This document shows positions 1-8,746 of a DNA stretch of 64,000 nt, piece after piece. Origin of the DNA: Clostridia bacterium. GTDB lineage: Bacteria; Bacillota; Clostridia; Oscillospirales; CAG-272. Position 1 is the first letter of the stretch. Each line of letters opens with the position of its first letter. The stretch lies in assembly GCA_017451045.1 (NCBI GenBank), contig JAFSSK010000098.1, positions 14,561 through 78,560 of the forward strand. The letters run 5' to 3'. Position numbers and translations under genes: made by a program. A model generated the notes under the pieces. That model was not told where the DNA came from, did no database searches, and saw only the letters and a list, made by a program, of their open reading frames with translations.

Positions 1-1
1 C

Positions 2-1723
2 CCGGGCGAGGGCGGGGACGACTGGCTGGACGACGCCGTAAACTCGTTCCAGTCATCGAAAAAGACGGATCCGAAGATCCCGCAGAAGCCCCGTAAGGAG
101 CAGAAAGTCTGGGAGGTCCCCTACCGGGTGCTGGATCCCGAGACCGGCGAACCGGTCGAGGAATCTTCCAAAAATGCCGACAGCCCCATTTTCCAGGATC
201 TTGCGCCGCAGGAGGCGCCCGAGAGCGAACCTGTTCAGGCAGCGGATGCAGAAGAGGTCAAAGAGGTGTCGGAAGTAGAAAAGCCGGATCCCGTTGCGGA
301 AGATCCGGAGCCGGGCGAAGACGATTACATCGACTATACGGCCATGCTGCTCAGCGATGCCGGGGACGCAGAACGGGACCGTGAAGCACCGCAAGAAAAG
401 ACCGAGCACCCCGTCGTCTCAAAGATCAAGATCATCGCATTCGCTTCGGTGATGGCCGCGCTGTTCATCATCGGCCTTCTGATCCCGTTGAGGCCCGCTT
501 TCTCTGCGAACGAGAAAAGGACCCTTTCCGCGTTTCCTGAATTCACCTGGCAGACCTTTTTCTCCGGCGAGTTTTTCTCCGGCATCGAGACCTGGTACGC
601 GGATACCTTCCCGGGGCGTGACACGTTTGTCGCCATGAACGCGTCTTTCCAGTCCGCGTTCGGATTCGGGACCGACGCGATCTCGCCCGGCGGCACAGGC
701 GAGGACATTCCGGATATACCGGACGACATCGACAGCTACCTTCATGATCTGGAGAGCGAGACTTCCGACGAACCCGGGCAGCAGGAGCAGACCGGAGAAA
801 GCATCGACGGATTCTATGTGTCCGGTGACACGGCATACGAGCTGTACTACTACGTGCAGGCCAGCGCCTCCCGCTACGCCAAGCTGATCGCCGATGCGGC
901 GACAGAGCTGCGGAACGCGTTAGACGGCGTAACCGTATACAATATGATCGTCCCGCTTTCCTATTCCGTCCAGCTGGATGCACAGACCCAGCAGAAGATC
1001 AACGTGTCGGACGCCGGAAAGGCTATCCGGTACATGTACGACTTCACGCGCCAGCTCAATCCGGACGTCGTGACGATCTCCGTCCTGGATGCTCTGCTTT
1101 CGCACCGGGAGGAATACCTTTACTTCAGGACAGACCACCACTGGACCGCGCTCGGCGCCTACTATGCGTTCTGCGAATATGCCTCCGCCGCCGGCATCAC
1201 GCCGACGCCCCTTGAGAACTATACGCAGACGCGTACCTATACGGGCTTTCTCGGAACGCTGTACCAGAAGCTGGTCCAGGATCAGCCGAGAGCCGCCGCA
1301 AAACTGGAGGCGAATCCCGACGAGCTGCTGGTGTATGTCCCGAACGGAACGAACGACAACGTCATCACGTTTGAGGACGGGACCGTGAACCGCTCGTCGT
1401 ACGGCGTCATCAACCGCGTGGACAGGGCAGGCGCCGGAGACAAGTACGCCACGTTCCTGGGCGGAGACTTCCCGCTGTGCGCCATCCACAACAGCGCGAT
1501 CACCGACGGCTCGTCCGTCCTGCTGGTCAAAGACTCGTTCGGGAACGCCTTCGCGCCGTTCCTCGTCGACAGCTACGAATACGTATACGTCATAGACTAC
1601 CGCCTTTATACCGGCTCCCTTTCCGCTTTTGTGCGCGACAACGGCGTAAAGGACGTCCTGTTCCTCAATTACATTTTCACGACAGGATCCAAACAGGCCG
1701 AGCGGCTGCAGAACATCTATTGA
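2..1723 (+). CDS. DHHW-motif family protein (AlgX/AlgJ-like putative O-acyltransferase accessory protein). The 5' end runs off the window.
   Basis: The frame is open from the window edge. It has an acidic disordered N-region, one TM helix (IIAFASVMAALFIIGLLIPL), then the signature 'FRTDHHWTALGAYYAF'. Confidence 0.75.
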   Translation, partial: PGEGGDDWLDDAVNSFQSSKKTDPKIPQKPRKEQKVWEVPYRVLDPETGEPVEESSKNADSPIFQDLAPQEAPESEPVQAADAEEVKEVSEVEKPDPVAEDPEPGEDDYIDYTAMLLSDAGDAERDREAPQEKTEHPVVSKIKIIAFASVMAALFIIGLLIPLRPAFSANEKRTLSAFPEFTWQTFFSGEFFSGIETWYADTFPGRDTFVAMNASFQSAFGFGTDAISPGGTGEDIPDIPDDIDSYLHDLESETSDEPGQQEQTGESIDGFYVSGDTAYELYYYVQASASRYAKLIADAATELRNALDGVTVYNMIVPLSYSVQLDAQTQQKINVSDAGKAIRYMYDFTRQLNPDVVTISVLDALLSHREEYLYFRTDHHWTALGAYYAFCEYASAAGITPTPLENYTQTRTYTGFLGTLYQKLVQDQPRAAAKLEANPDELLVYVPNGTNDNVITFEDGTVNRSSYGVINRVDRAGAGDKYATFLGGDFPLCAIHNSAITDGSSVLLVKDSFGNAFAPFLVDSYEYVYVIDYRLYTGSLSAFVRDNGVKDVLFLNYIFTTGSKQAERLQNIY

Positions 1724-1748
1724 CTTTTTTGCGTTTTGAGCCTATAAT
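1720..1748 (+). promoter_or_regulatory. Sigma-A promoter for the riboswitch-folT-folC transcript
   Basis: TTGACT (1720-1725), 17-nt spacer, TATAAT (1743-1748). The -35 overlaps the upstream stop codon. The predicted TSS lies just before the riboswitch. Confidence 0.6.
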
Positions 1749-1757
1749 AATGGCAGT

Positions 1758-1862
1758 TCGAAGAGTAAGAATCCGGGCGTAAAGTGCAGGCGGAACGGGG
1801 AGTTGTCCGCCTGACGAAAAAACCAAAAGGTTTTGCGGTCCGTTTTCTGCATCCCGCTTCAT
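1758..1862 (+). promoter_or_regulatory. THF (tetrahydrofolate) riboswitch aptamer
   Basis: Matches the remembered THF-I aptamer almost block by block: GAAGAGUAAG..GCGUAAAGUG..CAGGCGG-AACGGGGAGUUGU-CCGCCUGACGAA..GCGGUC..UGCAUCCCGCUUC. The P1 (GAAGAG/CGCUUC) and P3 (CAGGCGG/CCGCCUG) pairings are intact. It lies directly upstream of a folate ECF S-component gene. Confidence 0.85.
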
Positions 1863-1901
1863 TCGGCCGCGATATAAGAACTCTGTTTCATTATTGTAAA
1901 A

Positions 1902-1950
1902 AGAGCCTCCTTTCCCAGCCTGATGTAAGTTGGAAGAAGGAGGCTTTTTG
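1902..1950 (+). terminator. Riboswitch expression platform: intrinsic terminator hairpin that also sequesters the folT Shine-Dalgarno
   Basis: AGCCUCCUUUCC ... GGAAGAAGGAGGCU stem followed by UUUUUGUU. The AGGAGG that forms the 3' arm is the RBS, about 8 nt before the ATG at 1953. Confidence 0.7.
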
Positions 1951-1952
1951 TT

Positions 1953-2555
1953 ATGAATCATGAAAACGATCAAATCGAACAGGAACAGTCCCAGGATAAG
2001 ACACCGTCGGGCCGCGACACGTTCAAACGGGATCTGAAACTGTTCGGAAACGTTAAAGTCCTTTGCGTTTCAGCCCTGCTGTGCGCCCTGACGTTCGTCC
2101 TGGCGTTCGCAGCGAAACTGATCCAGGGGACCAGTCCTTTGCGCTTCACCATCGAGGGACTGCCCATCATCCTATCGGGCATTCTTTTCGGGCCGCTGAT
2201 CGGCGCCGTCATCGGCGTCGGGTCCGATCTTCTGTCCTGCGCCCTGTCCGGTCAGGCCATCAATCCGCTGATAACGGTCGGCGTCGCCTGCATCGGGCTT
2301 CTGGCGGGACTGATCAGCCACTATATCAGGACAAAGCCGGGACTTCTGCAGATCATCCTCTGCGAATCCGTCTCCCACCTGGTCGGGTCGGTCGTCATAA
2401 AGTCCGTCGCCCTGCACACGTACGGGTACGAATGGGCCTATCTTGCGCTCAGGATTCCCATCTATATCGGCGTCATTGTCATCGAAAGCATACTGCTATA
2501 TCTGCTCCTGCAGAGCAAGATCATCCAGAAAGAGATAAGGAGGTTATACTCATGA
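1953..2555 (+). CDS. folT: ECF transporter S component, folate family
   Basis: 200-aa polytopic membrane protein of ECF S-component size and hydrophobicity pattern. It is preceded by a THF riboswitch and overlaps folC by ATGA. Confidence 0.75.
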   Translation: MNHENDQIEQEQSQDKTPSGRDTFKRDLKLFGNVKVLCVSALLCALTFVLAFAAKLIQGTSPLRFTIEGLPIILSGILFGPLIGAVIGVGSDLLSCALSGQAINPLITVGVACIGLLAGLISHYIRTKPGLLQIILCESVSHLVGSVVIKSVALHTYGYEWAYLALRIPIYIGVIVIESILLYLLLQSKIIQKEIRRLYS

Positions 2556-3823
2556 CGATAGCGGAAACCATGTCATACATCCATTCGGTGGAATGGCGGG
2601 GCTCCAGGCCGGGCCTGGAGAGGATCGGTCATCTTCTGCACGCCATCGGCGATCCGCAGAAAGGCATGCGGTTCGTCCACGTCGCGGGAACGAACGGGAA
2701 AGGATCCGTCTGCGCCATGACCGAATCGATCCTGCGCAGCGCGCATTACCGCACCGGGCTTTTCACCTCCCCGTATATATACGCTTTCAACGAGCGCATG
2801 GCAGTAGACGGCAATCCCATTTCAGACGAGGAACTGTCTGAGATCACATCTTTCATCCGTCCGTACGCCGACAAAATGGAGGACAAGCCCACGGAGTTCG
2901 AACTGGTCACGGCCATCGGCTTTGAGTATTTCAGGCGCCATAAGTGCGACGTCGTCGTGCTGGAGGTCGGCATGGGCGGCCGCCTGGACTCCACGAATAT
3001 CATCGAGGATCCCGTCGCCTGCGTCATCACGGGCATTTCAAAAGACCACACAAAGTATCTGGGGAACACCATAGCCGAGATCGCGGCGGAAAAGGCAGGC
3101 ATCCTGAAGCCGGGCGCACCCGTCGTCTTCGGCGGAGAGGATCAGGACGCCGTCGACGTCATCAGAAAGAGAGAGGACGAGATGCGCGAGCAGTATGTGC
3201 AGTTCAACCCCGCACGTCTGGAGATCCGAAGGGCGGATCTGTCCGGATGCGTTTTCGATTACCGCAGAAGGAAGGAACTCAGCATCGGCCTGGCAGGCCT
3301 TTATCAGGCGAGGAACGCGTCCGTCGTTCTCGATCTGATCGACCTTCTCAACGTCCGCGGATTCAGCATTTCCGAGGAACAGATCCGTGAAGGTCTTAAG
3401 AATGCCGTCTGGCGCGGCAGGTTCGAGATTCTTTCCAAGGATCCTCCGCTGATCTATGACGGCTCGCACAACCCGGAAGGGATCGGCGCCGCCGTGGCCA
3501 GCATCGGGCACTATTTCCCCGGGCAGAAGATCCATCTGCTTACCGGCGTGATGGCGGACAAGGACTTTGAGCTGATGGCGAAAACACTGGCGCCCGTCGT
3601 CTGTGACGCCGTTACCGTCCGCCCGGACAACCCGCGGGCCCTCGACGCGAAGGACCTGGCTGACGTCTACCGCCGGGAAGGCGTTCCCGCCAGGCCGGCA
3701 GCGGACATAAAAAGCGCCGTTCGGGACATTCTCGCGGCTGCCGCCGAAGACGGGAATCCGGCCTTCGCACTCGGGTCTCTCTATATGTACGGAGCGATCA
3801 AGGACGCCGTTTTGGAAAAATAA
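2552..3823 (+). CDS. folC: Folylpolyglutamate synthase / dihydrofolate synthase (Mur ligase family)
   Basis: Begins MTIAETMSYIHS..RPGLERIGHLL and carries the P-loop 'HVAGTNGKGS'. RBS AAGGAGG at 2537-2543. The longer 2063 start in the ORF track runs in an alternative frame through folT and is rejected. Confidence 0.9.
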   Translation: MTIAETMSYIHSVEWRGSRPGLERIGHLLHAIGDPQKGMRFVHVAGTNGKGSVCAMTESILRSAHYRTGLFTSPYIYAFNERMAVDGNPISDEELSEITSFIRPYADKMEDKPTEFELVTAIGFEYFRRHKCDVVVLEVGMGGRLDSTNIIEDPVACVITGISKDHTKYLGNTIAEIAAEKAGILKPGAPVVFGGEDQDAVDVIRKREDEMREQYVQFNPARLEIRRADLSGCVFDYRRRKELSIGLAGLYQARNASVVLDLIDLLNVRGFSISEEQIREGLKNAVWRGRFEILSKDPPLIYDGSHNPEGIGAAVASIGHYFPGQKIHLLTGVMADKDFELMAKTLAPVVCDAVTVRPDNPRALDAKDLADVYRREGVPARPAADIKSAVRDILAAAAEDGNPAFALGSLYMYGAIKDAVLEK

Positions 3824-3837
3824 TCACACATAGAAAT

Positions 3838-3873
3838 GCCGACACGGAAACAGCCCGTGCCGGCGTTCTTTTT
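3838..3873 (+). terminator. Intrinsic terminator after folC
   Basis: GCCGACACGG-aaacagc-CCGTGCCGGC stem (one mismatch) followed by GTTCTTTTT. It sits between convergent genes. Confidence 0.6.
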
Positions 3874-3879
3874 GTATTG

Positions 3880-4812
3880 TCAGGCTTTGGTGATCTTCTC
3901 CTGTTCCCTGAGGAACGCGAACACGTCCTCCCTGCGGGGCATCGCCGGTATGGCGCCTTCTTTCTGGACTTCCAGCGCGGACGCGGCCGTCGCCACCCGC
4001 ATGGCTTCCTTCAGCGTATAGCCCTGGTCCAGCATGGCCGCAAGCGATCCTGTATAGGCGTCGCCTGCGCCGACCGTATCCACGGCGTTCACCCTGAACG
4101 CCGGAACGAATTCGGTACCTTCCCTGTTGACCAGCACCGAGCCGACCGTCCCCAGCGTCACGATGACGTTCTGCACGCCGCAGTCCAAAAGTTTTCTGGC
4201 TGCGTCCGCATACGCCTGGACCGTCTTGAACGTGCGGTCCGTTTCCAGCAGCGCCGAGAGTTCCGTCTCATTCGGCGTCAGAAGGAACAGCCCGTCAAGG
4301 ATGCTTTTGTCCGTCTTTCTGGACGGCGCCGGATTGAGGATGAGTCTTTTCCCGTTTTCTCTGCACAGCCTTGCCAGTTCCGAAACCGTTTCGGAACCGA
4401 TTTCAAACTGCGAGACGACGTAGGACACCCCAAGAAGAGCCGGCATCACGTCGCTAAGATCTTCAGGAGAATAGTCCAGATTAGCTCCCGGCACGACGCA
4501 GATGCAGTTCTGCCCGCCTTCCTCAACGTTGATCAGGCAGGTGCCCGTGCAGCTGTCCGCCCTTTTGATGTGATTGGTGTCGAATCCTTCCTCCGCAAAG
4601 GCGCTGACGATCCTGTCGCCGAAACTGTCTTTCCCGACGGCCCCGGCCATCACTGTCTCAGAGCCCATCCTTTTTGAGGCGAAGGCCTGGTTGGCACCTT
4701 TGCCGCCGAGGATGTTGAACGACTTCCCCGTCACGGTCTCGCCCGGCCTTGGGATCCTGTCGCATCTGGCAACGCAGTCCGCGTTGAGGCTTCCGACCAC
4801 TAAAACGCTCAT
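3880..4812 (-). CDS. rbsK: Ribokinase (PfkB family)
   Basis: MSVLVVGSLNAD.., 'GGKGANQA', and the C-terminal 'DTVGAGDAYTGSL' anion-hole motif. RBS GGAGGAG lies 21 nt after the GH78 stop. Confidence 0.85.
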   Translation of the reverse strand: MSVLVVGSLNADCVARCDRIPRPGETVTGKSFNILGGKGANQAFASKRMGSETVMAGAVGKDSFGDRIVSAFAEEGFDTNHIKRADSCTGTCLINVEEGGQNCICVVPGANLDYSPEDLSDVMPALLGVSYVVSQFEIGSETVSELARLCRENGKRLILNPAPSRKTDKSILDGLFLLTPNETELSALLETDRTFKTVQAYADAARKLLDCGVQNVIVTLGTVGSVLVNREGTEFVPAFRVNAVDTVGAGDAYTGSLAAMLDQGYTLKEAMRVATAASALEVQKEGAIPAMPRREDVFAFLREQEKITKA

Positions 4813-4833
4813 GGCTGCTCCTCCGCACCTGTA

Positions 4834-7329
4834 TCAGACAGAAAACTCATACTTACCGCAGGCAAGTTCTATGGTCTCATCCTTGCCGGTGAAGCTGAAG
4901 CGCTGTCCGTTCTTCGTGTATGTCTTTTTCCCGAGGGAAGGCAACGTCAGCGTCGCGCTCGTTCCAGCCGGGACGGCACATTTGTAAACAAGCGTTCCCT
5001 CTTTCATTTCCCATCCGCTCTCGATCATGCCTGCAACGGATGCGTAGGTGGCTTTTGCATACGTGATCTTTTCCTGACCCTCGGGGATCTCCGCCGCCTG
5101 CCTCATATCCGGCCTTGGCTGCAGGAAGAAATGCCTGAAGGCGGGTTCTTTGACGTCGGGCTCGATCCCGCACATGAACCGGTACATCCATTCGCCTACC
5201 GCTCCGTACGCGTAATGGTTGAACGAATTCATCCTCATGTCGCCGAAGCCGTCGCGGATCGTATAGGAATTCCAGCGCTCCCACATGGTCGTCGCGCCCT
5301 GATTGACGCTGTACAGCCATGACGGGCATTCCTCCTGGAGCAGGAGCGAATAGGCGAGTCCGTCTTCTCCGCAGGCGCTCAGGACCTGGTTCAGAACGCC
5401 CGTCCCGACAAACCCCGTGCTCAGCCTGTACCCGTTCGCGCGGATCTTCTCCTTCAGCGCAAGGACCGTCTGCGCGACCTCTTCGCTCTCAAGGAATCCC
5501 GCAGCAAGCGGCATCAGATACCCCGTCTGGGAGGTCGGGACGACCTTGCCGTCAGAACCGATATACTTGTCGCGGTACAGTTTCTTTGCTCTTTCGAATT
5601 CCTGTTTGTAGTGTTCTTCTCTGTCCGGGTGTCCGGCCGGTCCGGACATTTGCGCCATGAGGGTCGTGTCCATGCCGTAAAAGGCAAGCGGGATGATGCC
5701 GGGGTCGATCGACTCGAACGACACCCAGTCGCTGTATCCGCTCTTCGGGCCGTCGTGCTCATGCAGGTACGCCATGTATTTTTCCATGGATTCGAAGTGC
5801 TCGGCCAGCAGTTCGGTGTCGCCGTACATCAGATACATGGTATAGGGAACGATGATCCCCGCGTCTCCCCATGCGGCGTTGCCTGAGCCGGTGATCCCGA
5901 GCCCCGGGATGATATCCGTATAGGCCCCGTCCTCTTTCTGGCTGTCCCTGGCGTCCTGAAGCCATTTATGGAAGAACGCGTCCACGTTGCCGTTATAGGA
6001 CGCCGTCCGGCAGAAGATCTCCGTGTCTCCCGTCCAGCCGAACCGTTCGTCCCGCTGCGGGCAGTCCGTCGGAACGGACAGGTAGTTGCCCCGCTGGCCC
6101 CAGATGATGTTTTCGATCAGTCTGTTGACGAGCGGATGGGACGTTTCAAGCGTCCCTGTCTCCGGGACTTCGCTCCCGATCACGACGCCTCTCACGGCGC
6201 TGATCTCCGCATCGCCGTCTGCATAGATCTCCACGTATCTGAATCCGTAAAACGAGAACATGGGAACGAATGTATCAGTATCCCCGCTGCAGACAATGCG
6301 CCCTTTGGCCTTGGCAGACCGGTAGTTGCTTGTGTAGAGCGAGCCCTGCGGGCCGTCGTTCCCGCGGTCTTTCGATCCGCTGTCGTTCAGCATTTCCCCG
6401 ACGCGGAAATGGACTTCCGTGCCGCGTTCCGCGCGGCAAGTGAGGACCGGCCAGCCGACCATTTCCTGTGCGAAATCGATCAGCAGCGTCTGGCCGCTGT
6501 GCAGAAGGACCTTTTCAAAGCCGTTCCCTCTTGCAGTCTCTTTCGTCTTTCCGAAGTCGCTCCCGTTCTCTGCGGAGCCGTCATATATGCAGAAGGAAGC
6601 GGGGGCCTGCTCCAGGAAGGAGCGGATTCGGATCTGCGGTCCTACGCGCCGGCCGATCTTGATCTCCGGGTGTTCGATCTTTTCGGCTTTTTCCCAGGAA
6701 AGACCTGCTTCGCTCCCGCCTGAGATCTGCGCAAAAGACGGGATCCTCGCGTCGTAGATTTCGCCGTCCCAGATGTCGGACGAGCGGACCGGTCCGCCGA
6801 AGGCGGTCTCCCAGTCCCTGCCGGTGCCGATCTCTGTGTTCCCGTTTTTCTTGCGCAGCTGAAGGCTGGCGCAGAAAGCGCAGGGCTGCCAGCCGTACTC
6901 GCCGCAGCTGATCCTGCCAGACCACCATCCCGGCGCCACGGCGGCCAGAAGGGTGTTCTCTCCGTTCCGGTCAAGATAGGGCGTCAGGTCATACGTGTCG
7001 CTAAGCACCCGTTTGTGATAGTCCGTCCAGCCGGGCTTCAGCTCATCGAAAACAGTTTTCCCGTCGTCCGTGCGTCCGACGCGTCTGCCGTTGCAGAACA
7101 GCTCATAGACGCCGAGCGCCGTCGCTTCGATCCCGCATTCGAGGACGTCTTTTCCCGAGAAGACCTTTCTGAAAAGGGAAAGTCCTCCCCGGTCTTTGAT
7201 CTCCTCTCCTTGCACGCTGCGCGGATCTGCTCCGTCCTGCAGCCCGAATCTGATCTTTTCCTCCAGGGTAAGGGCTGATCTGCAGATGATCCAGTCAGCC
7301 CCGTTCCGTCCCGCTTGTAAGGTTGCCAT
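4834..7329 (-). CDS. Alpha-L-rhamnosidase (GH78), no signal peptide
   Basis: 'PTDCPQRDERFGWTGDTEIF' GH78 signature and a typical length. The start is chosen at MATLQAGR (ATG 7329) because a GAAAGAGGAAAA RBS precedes it. Confidence 0.85.
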   Translation of the reverse strand: MATLQAGRNGADWIICRSALTLEEKIRFGLQDGADPRSVQGEEIKDRGGLSLFRKVFSGKDVLECGIEATALGVYELFCNGRRVGRTDDGKTVFDELKPGWTDYHKRVLSDTYDLTPYLDRNGENTLLAAVAPGWWSGRISCGEYGWQPCAFCASLQLRKKNGNTEIGTGRDWETAFGGPVRSSDIWDGEIYDARIPSFAQISGGSEAGLSWEKAEKIEHPEIKIGRRVGPQIRIRSFLEQAPASFCIYDGSAENGSDFGKTKETARGNGFEKVLLHSGQTLLIDFAQEMVGWPVLTCRAERGTEVHFRVGEMLNDSGSKDRGNDGPQGSLYTSNYRSAKAKGRIVCSGDTDTFVPMFSFYGFRYVEIYADGDAEISAVRGVVIGSEVPETGTLETSHPLVNRLIENIIWGQRGNYLSVPTDCPQRDERFGWTGDTEIFCRTASYNGNVDAFFHKWLQDARDSQKEDGAYTDIIPGLGITGSGNAAWGDAGIIVPYTMYLMYGDTELLAEHFESMEKYMAYLHEHDGPKSGYSDWVSFESIDPGIIPLAFYGMDTTLMAQMSGPAGHPDREEHYKQEFERAKKLYRDKYIGSDGKVVPTSQTGYLMPLAAGFLESEEVAQTVLALKEKIRANGYRLSTGFVGTGVLNQVLSACGEDGLAYSLLLQEECPSWLYSVNQGATTMWERWNSYTIRDGFGDMRMNSFNHYAYGAVGEWMYRFMCGIEPDVKEPAFRHFFLQPRPDMRQAAEIPEGQEKITYAKATYASVAGMIESGWEMKEGTLVYKCAVPAGTSATLTLPSLGKKTYTKNGQRFSFTGKDETIELACGKYEFSV

Positions 7330-7354
7330 ATGTTTTCCTCTTTCTCTTCCATAG

Positions 7355-7395
7355 CAAAAGGCCTGCGACACCTATTGGATTCCGTGCCACAGGCC
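7355..7395 (-). terminator. Intrinsic terminator after the efp / acidic-protein pair
   Basis: On the minus strand, GGCCUGUGGCAC-12 nt loop-GUGUCGCAGGCC (all paired, including two G-U pairs) followed by UUUUGCU. Confidence 0.65.
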
Positions 7396-7422
7396 CATTC
7401 GCTGGGTGTATCTCGAACCGAC

Positions 7423-7938
7423 TCAGTCGTCGTCTACTTTTTTGCAGTCAGCAAGGTCGATCTTGCATTTGAACTCTTCGCCGCAGGCAGGGCACCTCAG
7501 GTGTGCCAGATTGATGGACGTGTCGAAAACGACGGTTTCGCCGCAGGAAGGACAAACGATTTCATAGTATTCCGTTTCGTCATCCGGCTCATCTTCTTCG
7601 TCGGGTTCGTCTTCCTCGTCCTCGTCGTCCGGCTCGTCTTCGTCGTCGGGTTCGTCTTCCTCGTCCTCGTCGTCCGGCTCGTCTTCGTCGTCGTACTCTT
7701 CGTAATCGTCGTCTTCCTCGCCGTAAATGTCGTCTTCCACGTCGGCTAGGTCGGAATCCACTTCCTCGATGTACTCTTCGAGTTCGCCGAGATCCTCGTC
7801 GGTTTCTTCCTGTGCTTTGGCAAGTTCGCTGACCATGTCGATCAGTTCCGTGATCAGTTTGCCTTCTTTCGTGGTCTTGTCAAAATCAAGACCGTCTGCC
7901 AGTCCCTTGAGGTAAGATGCTTTTTCTGTCAGTGTCAT
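7423..7938 (-). CDS. Highly acidic protein with a C-terminal CxxC..CxxC zinc ribbon (resembles the 'CD1247 N-terminal domain' proteins of Clostridia, from memory)
   Basis: MTLTEKASYLKGLADGL.. N-domain, then roughly 90 aa that are almost pure D/E with DEP repeats, then 'CPSCGETV..LRCPACGEEF'. RBS AAGGAG before ATG 7938. Confidence 0.7.
   Translation of the reverse strand: MTLTEKASYLKGLADGLDFDKTTKEGKLITELIDMVSELAKAQEETDEDLGELEEYIEEVDSDLADVEDDIYGEEDDDYEEYDDEDEPDDEDEEDEPDDEDEPDDEDEEDEPDEEDEPDDETEYYEIVCPSCGETVVFDTSINLAHLRCPACGEEFKCKIDLADCKKVDDD
7596..7691. repeat. Perfect 45-bp tandem duplication (about 2.1 copies) inside the acidic-protein gene
   Basis: The unit tcgggttcgtcttcctcgtcctcgtcgtccggctcgtcttcgtcg recurs exactly 45 nt apart (7601 and 7646). 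It is in frame and encodes a 15-aa D/E/P unit. Confidence 0.9.
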
Positions 7939-7961
7939 GATAACTCCTTTCCGGCCCCGCA

Positions 7962-8519
7962 TCAGGCGCGGGACAGATACTCACCGGTTCTCGTATCGAT
8001 CTTAAGTTTGTCTCCGACATTGATGAAGAGCGGCACCTTGATCTCCGCGCCCGTCTCGAGCGTGGCGGACTTCAGTGCGTTCGTCGCGGTGTTTCCGGCA
8101 AAGCCCGGTTCCGTGTCCGTTACTTCCAGTTCAACAAATGTGGGAGGCTCGACGCCGAACACGTTGCCTTTGTAGGAAATGATCTTGCACATCATCTCTT
8201 CCTTCACGAATTTGAAGTTGTCGGGCATCTTGTCGGGAGCCAGAAGTGTCTCTTCCCAGGTTTCCGTATCCATGAAGTGGTACAGGTCGCCGTCAAAGTA
8301 GGAATACTGAAGATCTTTTCTTTCGATGTATGCGTTCTCGAACTTGTCTGTCGGCGAGAAAGTTCTCTCCACGACAGCCCCGGTGATCACGTTCTTCATC
8401 TTCGTACGGACGAACGCCGCACCTTTTCCGGGTTTGACATGCTGGAATTCGATAACCTGATAAACCTGTCCGTCGCATTCAAACGTAATGCCGTTCTTAA
8501 AATCGCCAGCTACTACCAT
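7962..8519 (-). CDS. efp: Elongation factor P
   Basis: [36 protein letters not shown].. is a full-length EF-P match. RBS GGAGGA before ATG 8519. The longer 8582 start is rejected. Confidence 0.95.
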   Translation of the reverse strand: MVVAGDFKNGITFECDGQVYQVIEFQHVKPGKGAAFVRTKMKNVITGAVVERTFSPTDKFENAYIERKDLQYSYFDGDLYHFMDTETWEETLLAPDKMPDNFKFVKEEMMCKIISYKGNVFGVEPPTFVELEVTDTEPGFAGNTATNALKSATLETGAEIKVPLFINVGDKLKIDTRTGEYLSRA

Positions 8520-8585
8520 ATATTTTGTGTCCTCCAAAATGGAATTTAAACGGCCGGATGTTCTCCGACTCATAAGATTCAACTA

Positions 8586-8614
8586 ATTATAATCGATTTT
8601 TTACTATTTTGCAA
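8586..8614 (-). promoter_or_regulatory. Sigma-A promoter of efp
   Basis: Minus strand: TTGCAA, 17 nt, TATAAT. Confidence 0.6.
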
Positions 8615-8689
8615 TAGTCTGCCCGTGATTTTTGTGCGCGCGAAAGCCTCCGTTCCGCATGAATTATTGTGTTTCGGGACGGCTTTCTA

Positions 8690-8698
8690 TGGTATAAT
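8690..8698 (+). promoter_or_regulatory. Extended -10 promoter element for the GH-A gene
   Basis: TGGTATAAT (TGnTATAAT) about 49 nt before ATG 8747. The -35 is weak. Confidence 0.45.
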
Positions 8699-8746
8699 GG
8701 ATTCACTGAACGAACGGTCCTTGCGGCCGCCAAGGAGGAAAACAAG

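Noticed and set aside
2063-2551. Long N-terminal extension of folC (the 586-aa version in the ORF track)
   Set aside because: The extension is an Arg/His-rich alternative frame running through folT. The AAGGAGG RBS and the conserved FolC N-terminus begin at ATG 2552.
7396-7422. 'GGTTCGAG' (minus strand), which resembles a tRNA T-loop
   Set aside because: No acceptor, D or anticodon stems can be built around it. It lies in the short spacer between a stop codon and its terminator.
7560-7760. Periodic GAC/GAA/GAG-rich repeats, considered as a possible CRISPR or satellite array
   Set aside because: The region is in frame inside a coding gene and encodes poly-Asp/Glu. It has no repeat-spacer architecture. 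Only one true 45-bp tandem duplication is present, and it is reported as a repeat.
8520-8582. Upstream start codons extending efp. The same applies to GH78 (7371), rsmB (16044), thiN (20420), rhaB (45564), GH38-like (37424), GH95 (45532), parB (63435) and GH43 (56491).
   Set aside because: In each case the family-typical N-terminus and a strong Shine-Dalgarno occur at the internal Met. The extensions run through promoter or terminator sequence or through the upstream gene.
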